A stretch of DNA of 64,000 nucleotides, from the NCBI GenBank assembly GCA_026126025.1, contig JAHCJZ010000001.1, positions 333,937-397,936 of the forward strand, given 5' to 3'. Shown one piece after another: positions 50,218-59,950 of the stretch. Position 1 is the first letter of the stretch. Every line of letters starts with the position of its first letter. The translations under genes were made by a program, and so were the position numbers. The notes under the pieces are model-generated. The model worked only from the letters and a program-made list of their open reading frames with translations. It made no database searches and was not told the DNA's origin. The stretch comes from Bauldia sp. Its GTDB lineage: Bacteria; Pseudomonadota; Alphaproteobacteria; Rhizobiales; Kaistiaceae.

Positions 50218-51623
50218 CCCGGCATCTCCTCGAAGTCTGGGTGACGGTCTTCGGCGTCTTCGCGCTCGGCAGCCTTCTCGGCTGGCTCGTCTATCGCTGG
50301 ATCGAGCGCACCGACTACGCCTACGACCAGCATGAGCTCGCCCGGCGCGTCGCGCGGCTCCTCGGCCGGGTCGATCGCCTCGCCGGCGAGGAGGCGGTCG
50401 AGCCCGGCGAGGCGCTGCTCGCCGCCGGCGGCGAACGCATCCGCCGCCGCTACCGCCGCCGTGGCGCCCCCGACGGCGCGGCTGTGCTGCGCGAACGGGT
50501 CCAGACCAGCAGCCTTGCGGCCGCCTGGCGGCAGCGTCGCCATGGCGAGCCGGTCGAGACGCGAACCGAGCCGGTCATCACCAGGCCGATCGCACCGATC
50601 GAAGGCGAGATTCTGCCGAAGCAGCCAGCCGCCGCCGCGAACGGCGCCACGCCGCCGCGTCCCGCGCCGCCCGCTGCCGCCGCGCCTCCGCCGCCGCCCG
50701 CGGCGGTCGCGCCGGAGCCCGAACTCGACGATGGCGCCGACGACGCGACCTGGGAGCCGGTGGCGCCGGTCACGTGGCCCGGCATTCGGTCCTGGCCGCA
50801 GATTCCCGGCCGCCCCATTGTGCTGCTGCCGCCGCCCGGCTCGCCGCCGTCCTTTGCCGCGGCGGTCCCGCCCCGCCCCGAGGACATCTGGGGCGAGGAG
50901 CTGGAGGAGGCGTTCGAGGCCGCGGTGGACTTGCCCGAGCCGGTCGTGGAGATGGCGCCCGCGCCGATCGAGATCCCGCCGCCGGTCGACCTCCCGGTGC
51001 CGGAGGAGGCCGAAGCGCCCGAGCCACTGCCCACCTTCCTCGACGACGACGAGACCTTCTTCATCGAGGCCGTCGCCGTCGCCCCCGATGTCATCGCGCC
51101 AATTCCTGAGCCGCGGCCGGAGCCGCGCCGTCCGCGCGCCCCCGAGCCGCCCCGCGGCCCGACGCCGATGCCCCCGCCGCGCGCCACGTCGAAGCGCCCG
51201 GCGAGCGGCCCGACCGTGCGGATCAGGCCGCCGTCACAGCCGCCGCCATTGCCCGCGGCCGCGAAGCCGCCGACCCGACCGCCCGGCGAGGGGGTGACGC
51301 GGCCGAAATCCGCCACCGCCTTGCCGCCGTCCTCGCCAGCCAACGGCCAGCGGCCGCCGGGCCTTCTGTCGCCGCCCGCGCGCCCCGACGCGCTGCGGCG
51401 CATCAAGGGCATCGGCCCGGGCTTCGAGACCCGGCTCCACGAGCTCGGCATCTACCGCTACGCGCAGATCGCGAGCTGGACGCCCGAGCAGCAGCGCTGG
51501 ATCGGCACCGCGCTCGGCGCCAGCGGCCGCATCGAGCGCGACCACTGGGTCACCCAGGCGACCGAGCTGATGAAGCCGAAGGCCGCCCCGCGCCCCGCGC
51601 CTTTGCCGCCGGCGGAGGGGTAG
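50214..51623 (+). CDS. Membrane-anchored proline-rich protein with C-terminal helix-hairpin-helix-like domain
   Basis: GTG at 50214 with a TM segment (VWVTVFGVFALGSLLGWLVY). A long Pro/Ala-rich spacer follows. The C-terminus LRRIKGIGPGFETRLHELGIYRYAQIASW resembles the GIGP..E..L...GI..F.QIA.W module found on several alphaproteobacterial proteins. Confidence 0.6.
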   Translation: MTRHLLEVWVTVFGVFALGSLLGWLVYRWIERTDYAYDQHELARRVARLLGRVDRLAGEEAVEPGEALLAAGGERIRRRYRRRGAPDGAAVLRERVQTSSLAAAWRQRRHGEPVETRTEPVITRPIAPIEGEILPKQPAAAANGATPPRPAPPAAAAPPPPPAAVAPEPELDDGADDATWEPVAPVTWPGIRSWPQIPGRPIVLLPPPGSPPSFAAAVPPRPEDIWGEELEEAFEAAVDLPEPVVEMAPAPIEIPPPVDLPVPEEAEAPEPLPTFLDDDETFFIEAVAVAPDVIAPIPEPRPEPRRPRAPEPPRGPTPMPPPRATSKRPASGPTVRIRPPSQPPPLPAAAKPPTRPPGEGVTRPKSATALPPSSPANGQRPPGLLSPPARPDALRRIKGIGPGFETRLHELGIYRYAQIASWTPEQQRWIGTALGASGRIERDHWVTQATELMKPKAAPRPAPLPPAEG

Positions 51624-51678
51624 GCCCGGCGTTGTTCACGCCGCTGCCACGATGCACCGTTCGGCCGGCGGTCGTCGG

Positions 51679-53199
51679 TCAGCGAACCACACTGCCATCC
51701 GGCATCGTGGCGCCCGTCAAAAGCGCATCCGTCAAATCCGCGCCGCGCATTCGGGCGCGCGTGAGGCGTGCATCGCTCAGATCCGCGCCGGTCAGCCGCG
51801 CATCCGTGAGATCGGCCTCGAGGAAGTCGGCATTGACGGCGAGAGCGCCGCTTAGATCGGCGGCGATGAGGCGCGTCCCGAAGAAGGACGCGTCGGTCAG
51901 GGTGGCTCGCGTGAGGATCGCGCGTTGCATGTCGCCATCCCCGAAGAAGGTGCCCGACAAGTCGGCGTTTGTCAGGTTCGCTCCGGCCGCGTTGACGCCT
52001 GTCGCATCGGAGTTGCGCCAGATCGCTCCCGTCATCGTGGCCTGGGTGAAGCGCGCATCGCGCGCGCGTGTGCCATCGAGTTCCGAACCGCTGAGGTCGG
52101 CCCCGCCGAAATCAGCGAGAAAAAGATAGGCCCCGGACAGTTTCGCGCCGGGAAGGCTTGCCCGGCGGAAGTCGGCAAGATTGAGATTCGCCGCCGTGAG
52201 GTTCGCGTCTGCAAGGTCGGCGCCCGCCAGAACCGCCCGGTGCAGCGAAGCTCCGGTGAGATCGGCGCCGGAAAGGTCCGCGCCGCTGAGATTGCGGCGC
52301 TTCAGGCTAACCCCCTGAAGGTCGCAGCCCGGACAATCGATCGACGCGCCGGCGAGGAACGCGGCGCGAGCATCGTCCAATGCGTCGTCGGCAAGCTGTG
52401 CCTCGGCAGGAGACGCGTCGGGATCGGAAAGGACCAGTTCGCCGTCGCCATTGATCTCATAGACCTCGACCCGCGCCGTGCTCTCGAACAGTCCGTCGCG
52501 CAGCTGCCCGTTCCTCGGATCGACCAGCAACTGGCCCGGCCGGCGCAGCAGGCGGGATTGGGTGAATACGCCGAGGCCGTCCGCGGTCCTCTCGCAATCC
52601 TGCTTCACCAGGAGATTGCCGACCGGCTCCTCGCCGGCGCCGACCGGGAGATCGACGCATATCCAGCCATCCTCGCCGTAGATCGTGCGGACGAACGCCA
52701 CCATCGAATAGGCCAGCTGGCGCGCGCCGGATGAGACCCGGTCGTCCGTCGTTATCCGCAGCCCGCGCAGGATGCCCGCGGCATCGAACAGCCCGGCCAC
52801 CAGCACGTCGAAATTGCCGAAGCGGGTGCCCGCGAAAAAGTCCGCGCGCGCGAGGTCGTTGCGCGCCAGGGCCAGATGGTAGCGCTCGTCATCGTAGCGG
52901 AACTGGACCTCGTGAAGGCCGGTCTCCTCGGCTGCACAAGTCGCGAAGTCATGAAAGCCGGCGAGGCGGGTCGAGGGCGGGCCGCCATTGGTGCCGCAGG
53001 CAAACTCCTGGAAGTCGACCGGTTGCGCCGTCCACGGCTCGCCGAGGCGAAGATCGAAGACCGTCGGTCGCCCGCCGGAAGCTTCCGCCATCTGGGCGCG
53101 AGCGGGCGGCGACGCGGCCAGAGCCGATAGAACGGACAAGGCAACCGCCAGCGCCGCAAGGCGGGGGGCGAAGGCCGATACCCTGGATTGTCTGCTCAC
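51679..53199 (-). CDS. Secreted pentapeptide-repeat protein with unique N-terminal domain
   Basis: The C-terminal half is continuous A(D/N)LxG-type pentapeptide repeats ([33 protein letters not shown]...). The signal peptide is [25 protein letters not shown] at 53199 is preferred over TTG at 53250. Confidence 0.8.
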   Translation of the reverse strand: MSRQSRVSAFAPRLAALAVALSVLSALAASPPARAQMAEASGGRPTVFDLRLGEPWTAQPVDFQEFACGTNGGPPSTRLAGFHDFATCAAEETGLHEVQFRYDDERYHLALARNDLARADFFAGTRFGNFDVLVAGLFDAAGILRGLRITTDDRVSSGARQLAYSMVAFVRTIYGEDGWICVDLPVGAGEEPVGNLLVKQDCERTADGLGVFTQSRLLRRPGQLLVDPRNGQLRDGLFESTARVEVYEINGDGELVLSDPDASPAEAQLADDALDDARAAFLAGASIDCPGCDLQGVSLKRRNLSGADLSGADLTGASLHRAVLAGADLADANLTAANLNLADFRRASLPGAKLSGAYLFLADFGGADLSGSELDGTRARDARFTQATMTGAIWRNSDATGVNAAGANLTNADLSGTFFGDGDMQRAILTRATLTDASFFGTRLIAADLSGALAVNADFLEADLTDARLTGADLSDARLTRARMRGADLTDALLTGATMPDGSVVR

Positions 53200-53286
53200 A
53201 ACTCGATCCTGGACAGCGACGGCCCGCCAGGCATCCGTCGGGGGACGCAAAATGGCCGGCGCGGAGAACCGCGCCGGCCATGCTCC

Positions 53287-54981
53287 TCAGAGCGAGAAGA
53301 AATACAGCATCGATGCCCGCTGCATATTGGCCAGCGAGGCGGCATTCGGGTCGTCGCCGCGCGCCGGGTAGTTGCTGAAGTTCATCGACACCGAGCCCGC
53401 GCCGGCGGCAACCGCAATATATTGCTTGCCGTTGATCGCGAAGCTGATCGGGCCGGCCTCGATCGGGGTTCCGATGTTGATGTTCCACAGGATGTCGAGC
53501 GTCTCGTCATCCATGGCGAAGAAGTCGCCATTGATGGTATTGCCGAACACCAGGCCGCCCGCCGTCGACACGTTGCCGCCATAGGCGACGAACGGCAGGC
53601 TGTGCTTCTCGACGACCTCGCCGGTGGTGATGTCGACCGCGATCACCGATCCGGTCTGCAGGTTGGCCCGCGGGTCAGGTCCGCCGGCCGCGTTGCAGCC
53701 TTCGATCGCCGACGCATAGACCAGCGAGGTGCGCTCGCTGTAGGTCGTCGGGAACATGTTGGTGCCGCCCTGGATGTTCGGGCAGATCAGCGTCGGGTTG
53801 TCAGTGGCATAGGGGTCGATGGCGTATTGCTGAACGCCGCCCGAGCGAAGGTCGGGGTTGTACTCGACCGGCATGCCGGTCTTCGGGTCGATGCCGGCCG
53901 TCCAGGTCACCTGATCGACATATTGCGCGCCGTTCAAGTAGGTGCCGTCGGTCGCATTCAGGTTGTAGTAGAAGCCGTTGCGCGCGAAGTGGCCGATGAC
54001 CGTCTCGCCGTCGATCGTATAGATCTGGTTGACGCCGACCTCGTCATAATCCCACTGCTCGTTCGGCGTGTACTGGAAGTACCATTTGAGCGCGCCCGTC
54101 TCCGCGTCGAGGGCGACGGTCGCCGACGAATAGAGGTTGTCGCCGGGGCGCAGCGTCGGGTCGCCGAACGGCGACGGGTTGCCGGTGCCATAGAACAGCG
54201 TGTTGGTGGCCGGGTCGTAGGAGCCCGTGACCCACAGCCCGACGCCGCCGGTCTCCCAGCCGTCGCCCCAGGTCTCGTTGCCGGGCTCGCCTTCCCCGGG
54301 GATCGTCCAGAACGTCCACAGCAGCGACCCGTCGTCGGGGCTGCGTGCTTCGATGCGGCCGCGCATCGGGCCGTCGCCGCCGGCCGGGCCCATGATGAGC
54401 CGGTCTTCGAGCGCCAGCGGCGCCATGGTGAAATACTCGACCGGATTCTGCTCGGTGGCGACCTGCCACACGACTTCGCCGGTCGCCGCCTCGGTCGAGA
54501 CGAAGAAGCCGTCGCGGGTCACCGAATAGACGTTGTCGCCGAAGAGGGCGACGCCGCGGTTGTTCTGGATGCCGTCGACTTCCGGATCGGTTTCGGGATC
54601 CATGATCCAGTTGATGAAGCCGCGATCGCCCGCGGTCAGGTCGATGCGATAGACGCGGCCGACGCTGTCGACCATGTACATGATCCCGTTGTCGACGACC
54701 GGCGTGCCCTGCAGGCCGCCGCCGAGGAAGACCTCCTGCGAGGGAGCGAGCGCGACGGCAAACGCGATCTTGAGGTCGCCGGCATTCCCGGTGTTGATCT
54801 CGTCGAGCGGCGAGTAGCGGTTCGAGTCGAAGGTGCGGTGATTCATGAGCCAGTTTTCCGGCTCGGGATTGAGCAGGCGCTCATAGGTCACCTCCGCCGA
54901 AGCGAGCGACGTGCCCGCCAGCAGCGTTGCTGCGACGACGCCAAGGCGCGTCCAGCGGCGCGAAATCAGTGTGTGAGACAT
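53287..54981 (-). CDS. PQQ-dependent dehydrogenase, methanol/ethanol-family-like 8-bladed beta-propeller (divergent)
   Basis: ATG at 54981 has GGAGGA 8 nt upstream, and the signal peptide is LGVVAATLLAGTSLASA. Typical quinoprotein motifs are present (NWLMNHRTFDSNRYSPL, TPVVDNGIMY, D..TG...W repeats, QWDYDE). Confidence 0.85.
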   Translation of the reverse strand: MSHTLISRRWTRLGVVAATLLAGTSLASAEVTYERLLNPEPENWLMNHRTFDSNRYSPLDEINTGNAGDLKIAFAVALAPSQEVFLGGGLQGTPVVDNGIMYMVDSVGRVYRIDLTAGDRGFINWIMDPETDPEVDGIQNNRGVALFGDNVYSVTRDGFFVSTEAATGEVVWQVATEQNPVEYFTMAPLALEDRLIMGPAGGDGPMRGRIEARSPDDGSLLWTFWTIPGEGEPGNETWGDGWETGGVGLWVTGSYDPATNTLFYGTGNPSPFGDPTLRPGDNLYSSATVALDAETGALKWYFQYTPNEQWDYDEVGVNQIYTIDGETVIGHFARNGFYYNLNATDGTYLNGAQYVDQVTWTAGIDPKTGMPVEYNPDLRSGGVQQYAIDPYATDNPTLICPNIQGGTNMFPTTYSERTSLVYASAIEGCNAAGGPDPRANLQTGSVIAVDITTGEVVEKHSLPFVAYGGNVSTAGGLVFGNTINGDFFAMDDETLDILWNINIGTPIEAGPISFAINGKQYIAVAAGAGSVSMNFSNYPARGDDPNAASLANMQRASMLYFFSL

Positions 54982-55200
54982 GTGTCGTTTCCTCCGATGC
55001 TTTTGGCCCCGGCCGTGATCGGTCATCGATGCGGCAGCCCAAAAGGCACCGGAGCTAGGGCATATCCGGCAAGACCACTCCCTACCCGAATGAGTAGAGG
55101 GCGCCGCGAAGCGACGACGCCGGCATTGCGGGCAAAACGCTAGTCCCCAACTGGGGAAGGGGGCGCCGCCTCTTCCACGATCCTCATTCCAGCGTGGGAC

Positions 55201-57279
55201 TTAGCGGGCGCCGATCGCGCCCGGCAGCCACAGCGTCGGGTCGCCGAGGAGCGCGCGGTAGACCTGGAGGTTCTCCAGCACGCGCTGCACATAGTTGCGC
55301 GTCTCGTCGAACGGGATGCGCTCGATCCAGTCGATGGTGTCGACCGATGGATCGCGCGGATCGCCATAGGTCGCGATCCAGGCGTCGGCCCGGGTGAAGC
55401 CGGCATTGTAGGCGGCCAGCGCGAGAACGATGCTGCCGCGATACTGGCTGATCAGCCGGCCGAGATAGGCCGAGCCGAGCGTCGCGTTGTAGATCGGATC
55501 GCTGGCGAGCCGCGCTTCGGAGAAGGGGAGGCCGACCGCGCGCGCCATCTCCTCCGCCGTGCTCGGCAGAAGCTGCAGCATGCCGACGGCGCCGGCGGAA
55601 CTGACCGCGTCGCTGTTGAACGAGCTCTCCTGCCGCGCCACGGCGTAGACCAGCGGCACGTCGATATGGGCGCCGAGCGCGGTCGCCGGAATCGCGGCCA
55701 TCGGGAAGGCGATGGCATCGACCGGGAGGTCGCGATTGGCCGCGAGCTTCCCGACCTGGACCGCGAGCTGGTGCTCGCCCTCCGCCTCGAGCGTCGCCGC
55801 GAGGAGCGCGATGCTCGCCGCGTCGGGCAGGGTGTCTGCGAGGAAGCGGGCGAAGAGCGCCGCGTCGCTGCCTTCGTCGAAGGCGTCGAGCCACACCATC
55901 GCCTTGAACGGGCCGCTGTCGAGCAGCGCCGTGGCGGCCGCCTCGTCGATGGCCGGCGCCGGCGCGATGTCGAGCGTGGTCCGCCCAAGCCGCCCCGCCG
56001 CCAGCTGGCCGTAGAAGGTGGTCGCGTAGTGGGCAGCGCGCTCGTAGGCCGCGGTCGCGTCCGCGATCTGGCCCAGCGCCTCGTTGGACCGGCCGAGCCA
56101 GTAGGCCGAGCGCGACTGGCTGAGCGGCAGCGACGACGCGTCGCCGAGAGCGGCGAAATGCGCGACGGCAAGGTCGGGCCGGTCGAGCTGGGTCAGCGCA
56201 ACCCAGCCGGCCTGGAACGCGACCTCGACCACTTCGAGCCGGTCTACCGCGGAATGGCCGGCGAGCACCTCGTAGGCGGCCTGCGGGTTGCCGCGATCGA
56301 CCAGCGATCGCGCCAGCGTGCGCCGCTGCTGCGACCACGCGTCGGGATCGACCAGCACGAGGGGATCGCGCGGGGCGCCCGCAAGGAGGGTCACCGCGGC
56401 GCTTCGCTCGCCGGCGCGCATCAGCATCCGGAGGCGTGCATAGAGGTAGCCCGGGTCGTTGCGCAGCGTCTCCGGCACCGCCGCCATCAGGCTCGCCGCG
56501 TTCCCCGAATTGCGGTTCACCGCGACCCACGCCGCCGCAAGGGCCTGGGTCTCGCTGCTCAGCTGCTCCGCGGTGCGCAGCGCCTCGTCGTTGAAGCCGT
56601 CATAAAGAAGCCGCTGCATCCGGAAGCGGTGATCCTCCGTCGTCAGCAGGTCGCCGAAGGATTCGAGGATCCTGTCCTCCGTGGAGCGCGCGAGGTTGCC
56701 GTCGCGCCACAGCGGTCGAATGAGCTCGGCGGCCTCGCCGTCGCGTCCGCCGGCCCGCAGCGCTGCGGCGAGGGCGAGCTTAGTGACGTCGAGCACCGGC
56801 TGGCGGCCCTCCATCGCCGCGATCACCGTGGCGTGGTCCGGCTCGCCGCGCAGCAGCGCCTGCTCGTAGCGGAGCTGCATCAGCACCTGCCCCGGCCAGG
56901 TGGCGACATTGACCATCGCCTCGGCGATACGGGCATAGTCGGCGCGCGCGAGCCCCTCGCTGGCGATCAGCCAGTCGATCAGCATGCCCCCGGTTTTGTC
57001 CGGCATCGACCGCGCGATCCGCGTTGCCGTCGCAACCTCGCCGGCGCGCAGCTGGCGGTAGGCCGAGCGGAGGAGGAGGTCGGGCTCGGGCAGCGCGTCA
57101 AGGAACGCCTGCACCGCGGGATCGAGCGGCGGGCCGGCGGCCTCGACGGCCGCCGCGGCATGGAGGTCGCGGAGCGGATTGGGGATGGGGACCGGCGCGT
57201 CCTGCGCCAGCGCCGCCGGCATCGCCAGCGACAGTCCCGAGGCGAACGCCAATGTCGCCCGGAACGGCGGTCTGTGCAT
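55201..57279 (-). CDS. slt: Soluble lytic murein transglycosylase (Slt70-like)
   Basis: It has a superhelical N-terminal region and the C-terminal SLT catalytic motifs (ARQESSFNSDAVSSAGAVGMLQL, AYNAG). The start is taken at MHRPPFRATLAF.... Confidence 0.88.
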   Translation of the reverse strand: MHRPPFRATLAFASGLSLAMPAALAQDAPVPIPNPLRDLHAAAAVEAAGPPLDPAVQAFLDALPEPDLLLRSAYRQLRAGEVATATRIARSMPDKTGGMLIDWLIASEGLARADYARIAEAMVNVATWPGQVLMQLRYEQALLRGEPDHATVIAAMEGRQPVLDVTKLALAAALRAGGRDGEAAELIRPLWRDGNLARSTEDRILESFGDLLTTEDHRFRMQRLLYDGFNDEALRTAEQLSSETQALAAAWVAVNRNSGNAASLMAAVPETLRNDPGYLYARLRMLMRAGERSAAVTLLAGAPRDPLVLVDPDAWSQQRRTLARSLVDRGNPQAAYEVLAGHSAVDRLEVVEVAFQAGWVALTQLDRPDLAVAHFAALGDASSLPLSQSRSAYWLGRSNEALGQIADATAAYERAAHYATTFYGQLAAGRLGRTTLDIAPAPAIDEAAATALLDSGPFKAMVWLDAFDEGSDAALFARFLADTLPDAASIALLAATLEAEGEHQLAVQVGKLAANRDLPVDAIAFPMAAIPATALGAHIDVPLVYAVARQESSFNSDAVSSAGAVGMLQLLPSTAEEMARAVGLPFSEARLASDPIYNATLGSAYLGRLISQYRGSIVLALAAYNAGFTRADAWIATYGDPRDPSVDTIDWIERIPFDETRNYVQRVLENLQVYRALLGDPTLWLPGAIGAR

Positions 57280-57437
57280 CCCACTCACCCGATCGCGGTC
57301 CTTCCTGCGCCCGGAGGGCATAAACGGTCCCCCACAGGGGTCAACGCCGCACGCGGTCGCGTGTTGCCGCGACTCCGGCCGGGGACTATGTTCAACCCCT
57401 TCAGAATCCCCGGTTAATCCGGCGACAGCGACGGCTG

Positions 57438-58313
57438 ATGTTCAAGGGCTCTTACACTGCCTTGGTGACCCCGATGCGAAACGGGGCCATCGACGAGGCG
57501 GCTTTTCGCGACTTCGTGGAGTGGCAGATCGCCGAGGGAACGCACGGCCTGGTGCCGGCGGGCACCACCGGCGAGAGCCCGACGCTGAGCCATGCCGAGC
57601 ATCGGCGGGTGATCGAGCTCACCGTCGAGGTCGCGCGCGGGCGGGTGCCGGTGATCGCCGGCGCCGGCTCGAACAACACGACCGAGGCGATCGACCTCGC
57701 CCGCTTCGCCGAGAAGGCCGGCGCCGACGGGCTTCTCGTCGTCGTCCCCTACTACAACAAGCCCAGCCAGAGCGGCCTCTACCAGCACTACAAGGCGATC
57801 AACGACGCGGTCTCGATCCCGATCCTGATCTACAACATCCCGCCGCGCTCGGTGGTCGACATGTCGGTCGAGACGATGGCCGAGCTCTACCGGCTCGACA
57901 ACATCGCCGGCGTCAAGGACGCCACCGCCAAGCTCGACCGGGTCAGCTTGCAGCGCATGGCAATGGGGCCGGACTTCATCCAGCTCTCCGGCGAGGACGC
58001 GACCGCGCTCGGCTTCATGGCGCAGGGCGGCCATGGCTGCATCTCGGTGACCTCGAACGTCGCGCCCCGCATGGTGGCGCAGTTCCAGGAAGCCTGCCTC
58101 GCGGGGGACTATGCCGCCGCGCTGTCGTTCCAGGACCGCCTGATGCCGCTCCATCGCGCGCTCTTCCTTGAGCCCAATCCCGGAGGCCCGAAATATGCGC
58201 TCTCCGTGCTCGGCCGGATGGCCGAGGACCTCAGGCTGCCGCTGCTACCGCCGGGCGAGGGGACGCGCGCCGAGATCCGCGACGCCATGCGTCATGCGGG
58301 CCTCATCAACTGA
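57438..58313 (+). CDS. dapA: 4-hydroxy-tetrahydrodipicolinate synthase
   Basis: 291 aa: [13 protein letters not shown]... [10 protein letters not shown] ... YYNKP ... the active-site Lys context is present. Confidence 0.95.
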   Translation: MFKGSYTALVTPMRNGAIDEAAFRDFVEWQIAEGTHGLVPAGTTGESPTLSHAEHRRVIELTVEVARGRVPVIAGAGSNNTTEAIDLARFAEKAGADGLLVVVPYYNKPSQSGLYQHYKAINDAVSIPILIYNIPPRSVVDMSVETMAELYRLDNIAGVKDATAKLDRVSLQRMAMGPDFIQLSGEDATALGFMAQGGHGCISVTSNVAPRMVAQFQEACLAGDYAAALSFQDRLMPLHRALFLEPNPGGPKYALSVLGRMAEDLRLPLLPPGEGTRAEIRDAMRHAGLIN

Positions 58314-58325
58314 CGGACGATTGCC

Positions 58326-58802
58326 GTGGCTGCCAAGAAGAAGGAGCCGCAGCGCGGCCCGGCGGCCGTCAACCGCCGGGCGCGGTTCGACTACGAGCTC
58401 GGACAGACCTTCGAGGCCGGCATCGCGCTGACCGGCACCGAGGTGAAGTCGTTGCGCGGCGGCAAGAGCAGCCTCGGCGATTCCTACGCCGCCGAGCATG
58501 ACGGCGCGATCTGGCTCTACAACGCGCACATTCCGGAATACCTCCAGGCCAACCGCTTCCAGCACGAGACGCGGCGGCCGCGGAAGCTCCTCCTCCACAA
58601 GCGCGAGATCGCCCGCCTCGCCAACGCCGTGTCGCGCGAGGGCATGACCATCGTCCCGCTCAAGGTCTATTTCAACGACAAGGGCATCGCGAAGGTCGAG
58701 ATCGCGCTCGCCCGCGGCAAGAAGCTCCACGACAAGCGCGAGACCGAGAAGGAGCGGAGCTGGAACCGCGAACGGGCGCGGCTCCTCCGCGACAAGGGCT
58801 GA
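58326..58802 (+). CDS. smpB: SsrA-binding protein
   Basis: 158 aa: [10 protein letters not shown]...[14 protein letters not shown], with the basic C-terminal tail typical of SmpB. Confidence 0.95.
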   Translation: MAAKKKEPQRGPAAVNRRARFDYELGQTFEAGIALTGTEVKSLRGGKSSLGDSYAAEHDGAIWLYNAHIPEYLQANRFQHETRRPRKLLLHKREIARLANAVSREGMTIVPLKVYFNDKGIAKVEIALARGKKLHDKRETEKERSWNRERARLLRDKG

Positions 58803-58808
58803 TGCGGG

Positions 58809-59066
58809 CTAGCCGACCGGCGCCGGCGCGCCGCGCAGAAGGCCCTCGGTCGAAAGATCCTCGTCGATGTCCGGCCAGTGGATGCCATAGCCCGCGCCGG
58901 CGATTTCGAAATGCTGCCTTTGCTCGGGCGTCGCGGCGGCAAGCCGGGGATACCAGGCGATCGGCACGGCGATGGTGCGACCGTCCAGCAGGTCGACCGA
59001 GACGGTATCGGACGTGACCGTGATCGCCTTCACTCGGATATCAGCGATGGGTGCCAAAAAAGCCAT
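58809..59066 (-). CDS. DUF2442 domain protein (putative antitoxin-like partner)
   Basis: ...IADIRVKAITVTSDTVSVDLLDGRTIAVPIAWYPRLAAATPEQRQHFEIAGAGYGIHWPDIDEDLSTEGLL, the classic DUF2442 pattern. The start is uncertain (59078 or 59066). Confidence 0.7.
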   Translation of the reverse strand: MAFLAPIADIRVKAITVTSDTVSVDLLDGRTIAVPIAWYPRLAAATPEQRQHFEIAGAGYGIHWPDIDEDLSTEGLLRGAPAPVG

Positions 59067-59283
59067 GCCAAGCCTCAAGAAAATGTGCCTGCCGGTCTCG
59101 CACCAGTCGATGCAACCGGTTTAGTTCCTCTGCCGACAAGCCGCCGCTCCGCGAAAGCGAAACAGGCGTGAGCCAGAACTTTGCCGTTCCTCCGCCCATG
59201 TCAACATGGATATGCGGCGGTTCGTTGGGCTCATGGCTGTAGAAATAGAAGCGATAACCGGCAAGGCGCAAGACCGTGGGCAT
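59041..59283 (-). CDS. DUF4160 domain protein (putative toxin-like partner)
   Basis: MPTVLRLAGYRFYFYSHEPNEPPHIHV..., the hallmark DUF4160 N-terminus. The ATG at 59283 overlaps the udg stop (TGATG). Confidence 0.75.
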   Translation of the reverse strand: MPTVLRLAGYRFYFYSHEPNEPPHIHVDMGGGTAKFWLTPVSLSRSGGLSAEELNRLHRLVRDRQAHFLEAWHGFFGTHR

Positions 59284-59939
59284 CACGCCGCATCCATCCG
59301 GTGCCGGATCGCGCCGACGACGTCGCGGAACATCGCTTCGGTCAGCCGGCCGGTGTTCGTGTTGAGTCGGGAGCAGTGGTAGCTGTCGAACACCGTCACC
59401 AGCGGCCCGGGCTGGTGCTGCGCGCCATGGGCGAAGCGGAACGCGGACCGTGGCGCGTTGAGCGCGGCCATCACGCTATCATGGGCGATCGACCCGAGCG
59501 CGAGGATGGCGACGAGGTGCGGCATCGCGTCGACGGTTGCGGCAAGGAAGCGCCGGCAGGTTGCGACCTCGCCTGGGGTCGGGCGGTTCTCCGGTGGCAC
59601 GCAGCGCGCGGCATTGGTGATCGCGCAGTCGACGAGCTCCAGCCCGTCGTCCGGCCGCGCTTCGTAGGTGCCGCGGGCGAAGCCGAAGGACAGGAGCGTG
59701 CTGTAGAGCAGCTGCCCGGCATAGTCGCCGGTGAACGGGCGCCCGGTGCGGTTGGCGCCGCGCAGTCCGGGTGCGAGCCCGACGACGAGAAGCCGGGCGG
59801 AGAGCGCGCCGAAGGTCGGCACCGGCGCATTGTACCAGGCCGGCTCGGCCGCCCGCCACTCGTGGCGGAACGCGGCGAGACGCGGACAGAGCGGGCAGTC
59901 GCGATCCGGTTCGGCGCTGTTGAGCGAAGGCTCGGTCAT
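59283..59939 (-). CDS. Uracil-DNA glycosylase superfamily protein (family 4/5-like, Fe-S type)
   Basis: It has an N-terminal Cys cluster (CPLCPRL) and GLAPGLRGANRTGRPFTGD, with a C-terminal HCS motif. ATG at 59939 has GAGGAG 7 nt upstream. Confidence 0.8.
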   Translation of the reverse strand: MTEPSLNSAEPDRDCPLCPRLAAFRHEWRAAEPAWYNAPVPTFGALSARLLVVGLAPGLRGANRTGRPFTGDYAGQLLYSTLLSFGFARGTYEARPDDGLELVDCAITNAARCVPPENRPTPGEVATCRRFLAATVDAMPHLVAILALGSIAHDSVMAALNAPRSAFRFAHGAQHQPGPLVTVFDSYHCSRLNTNTGRLTEAMFRDVVGAIRHRMDAA

Positions 59940-59950
59940 CGCCGGTCTCC

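Noticed and set aside
54982-55200. Possible sigma-54 type promoter (tGGtgcc-ttttg-gGCtg on the minus strand) upstream of the PQQ dehydrogenase.
   Set aside because: GG-N10-GC spacing is present, but both the -24 and -12 elements deviate from TGGCAC-N5-TTGC, and no enhancer-binding protein gene is nearby.
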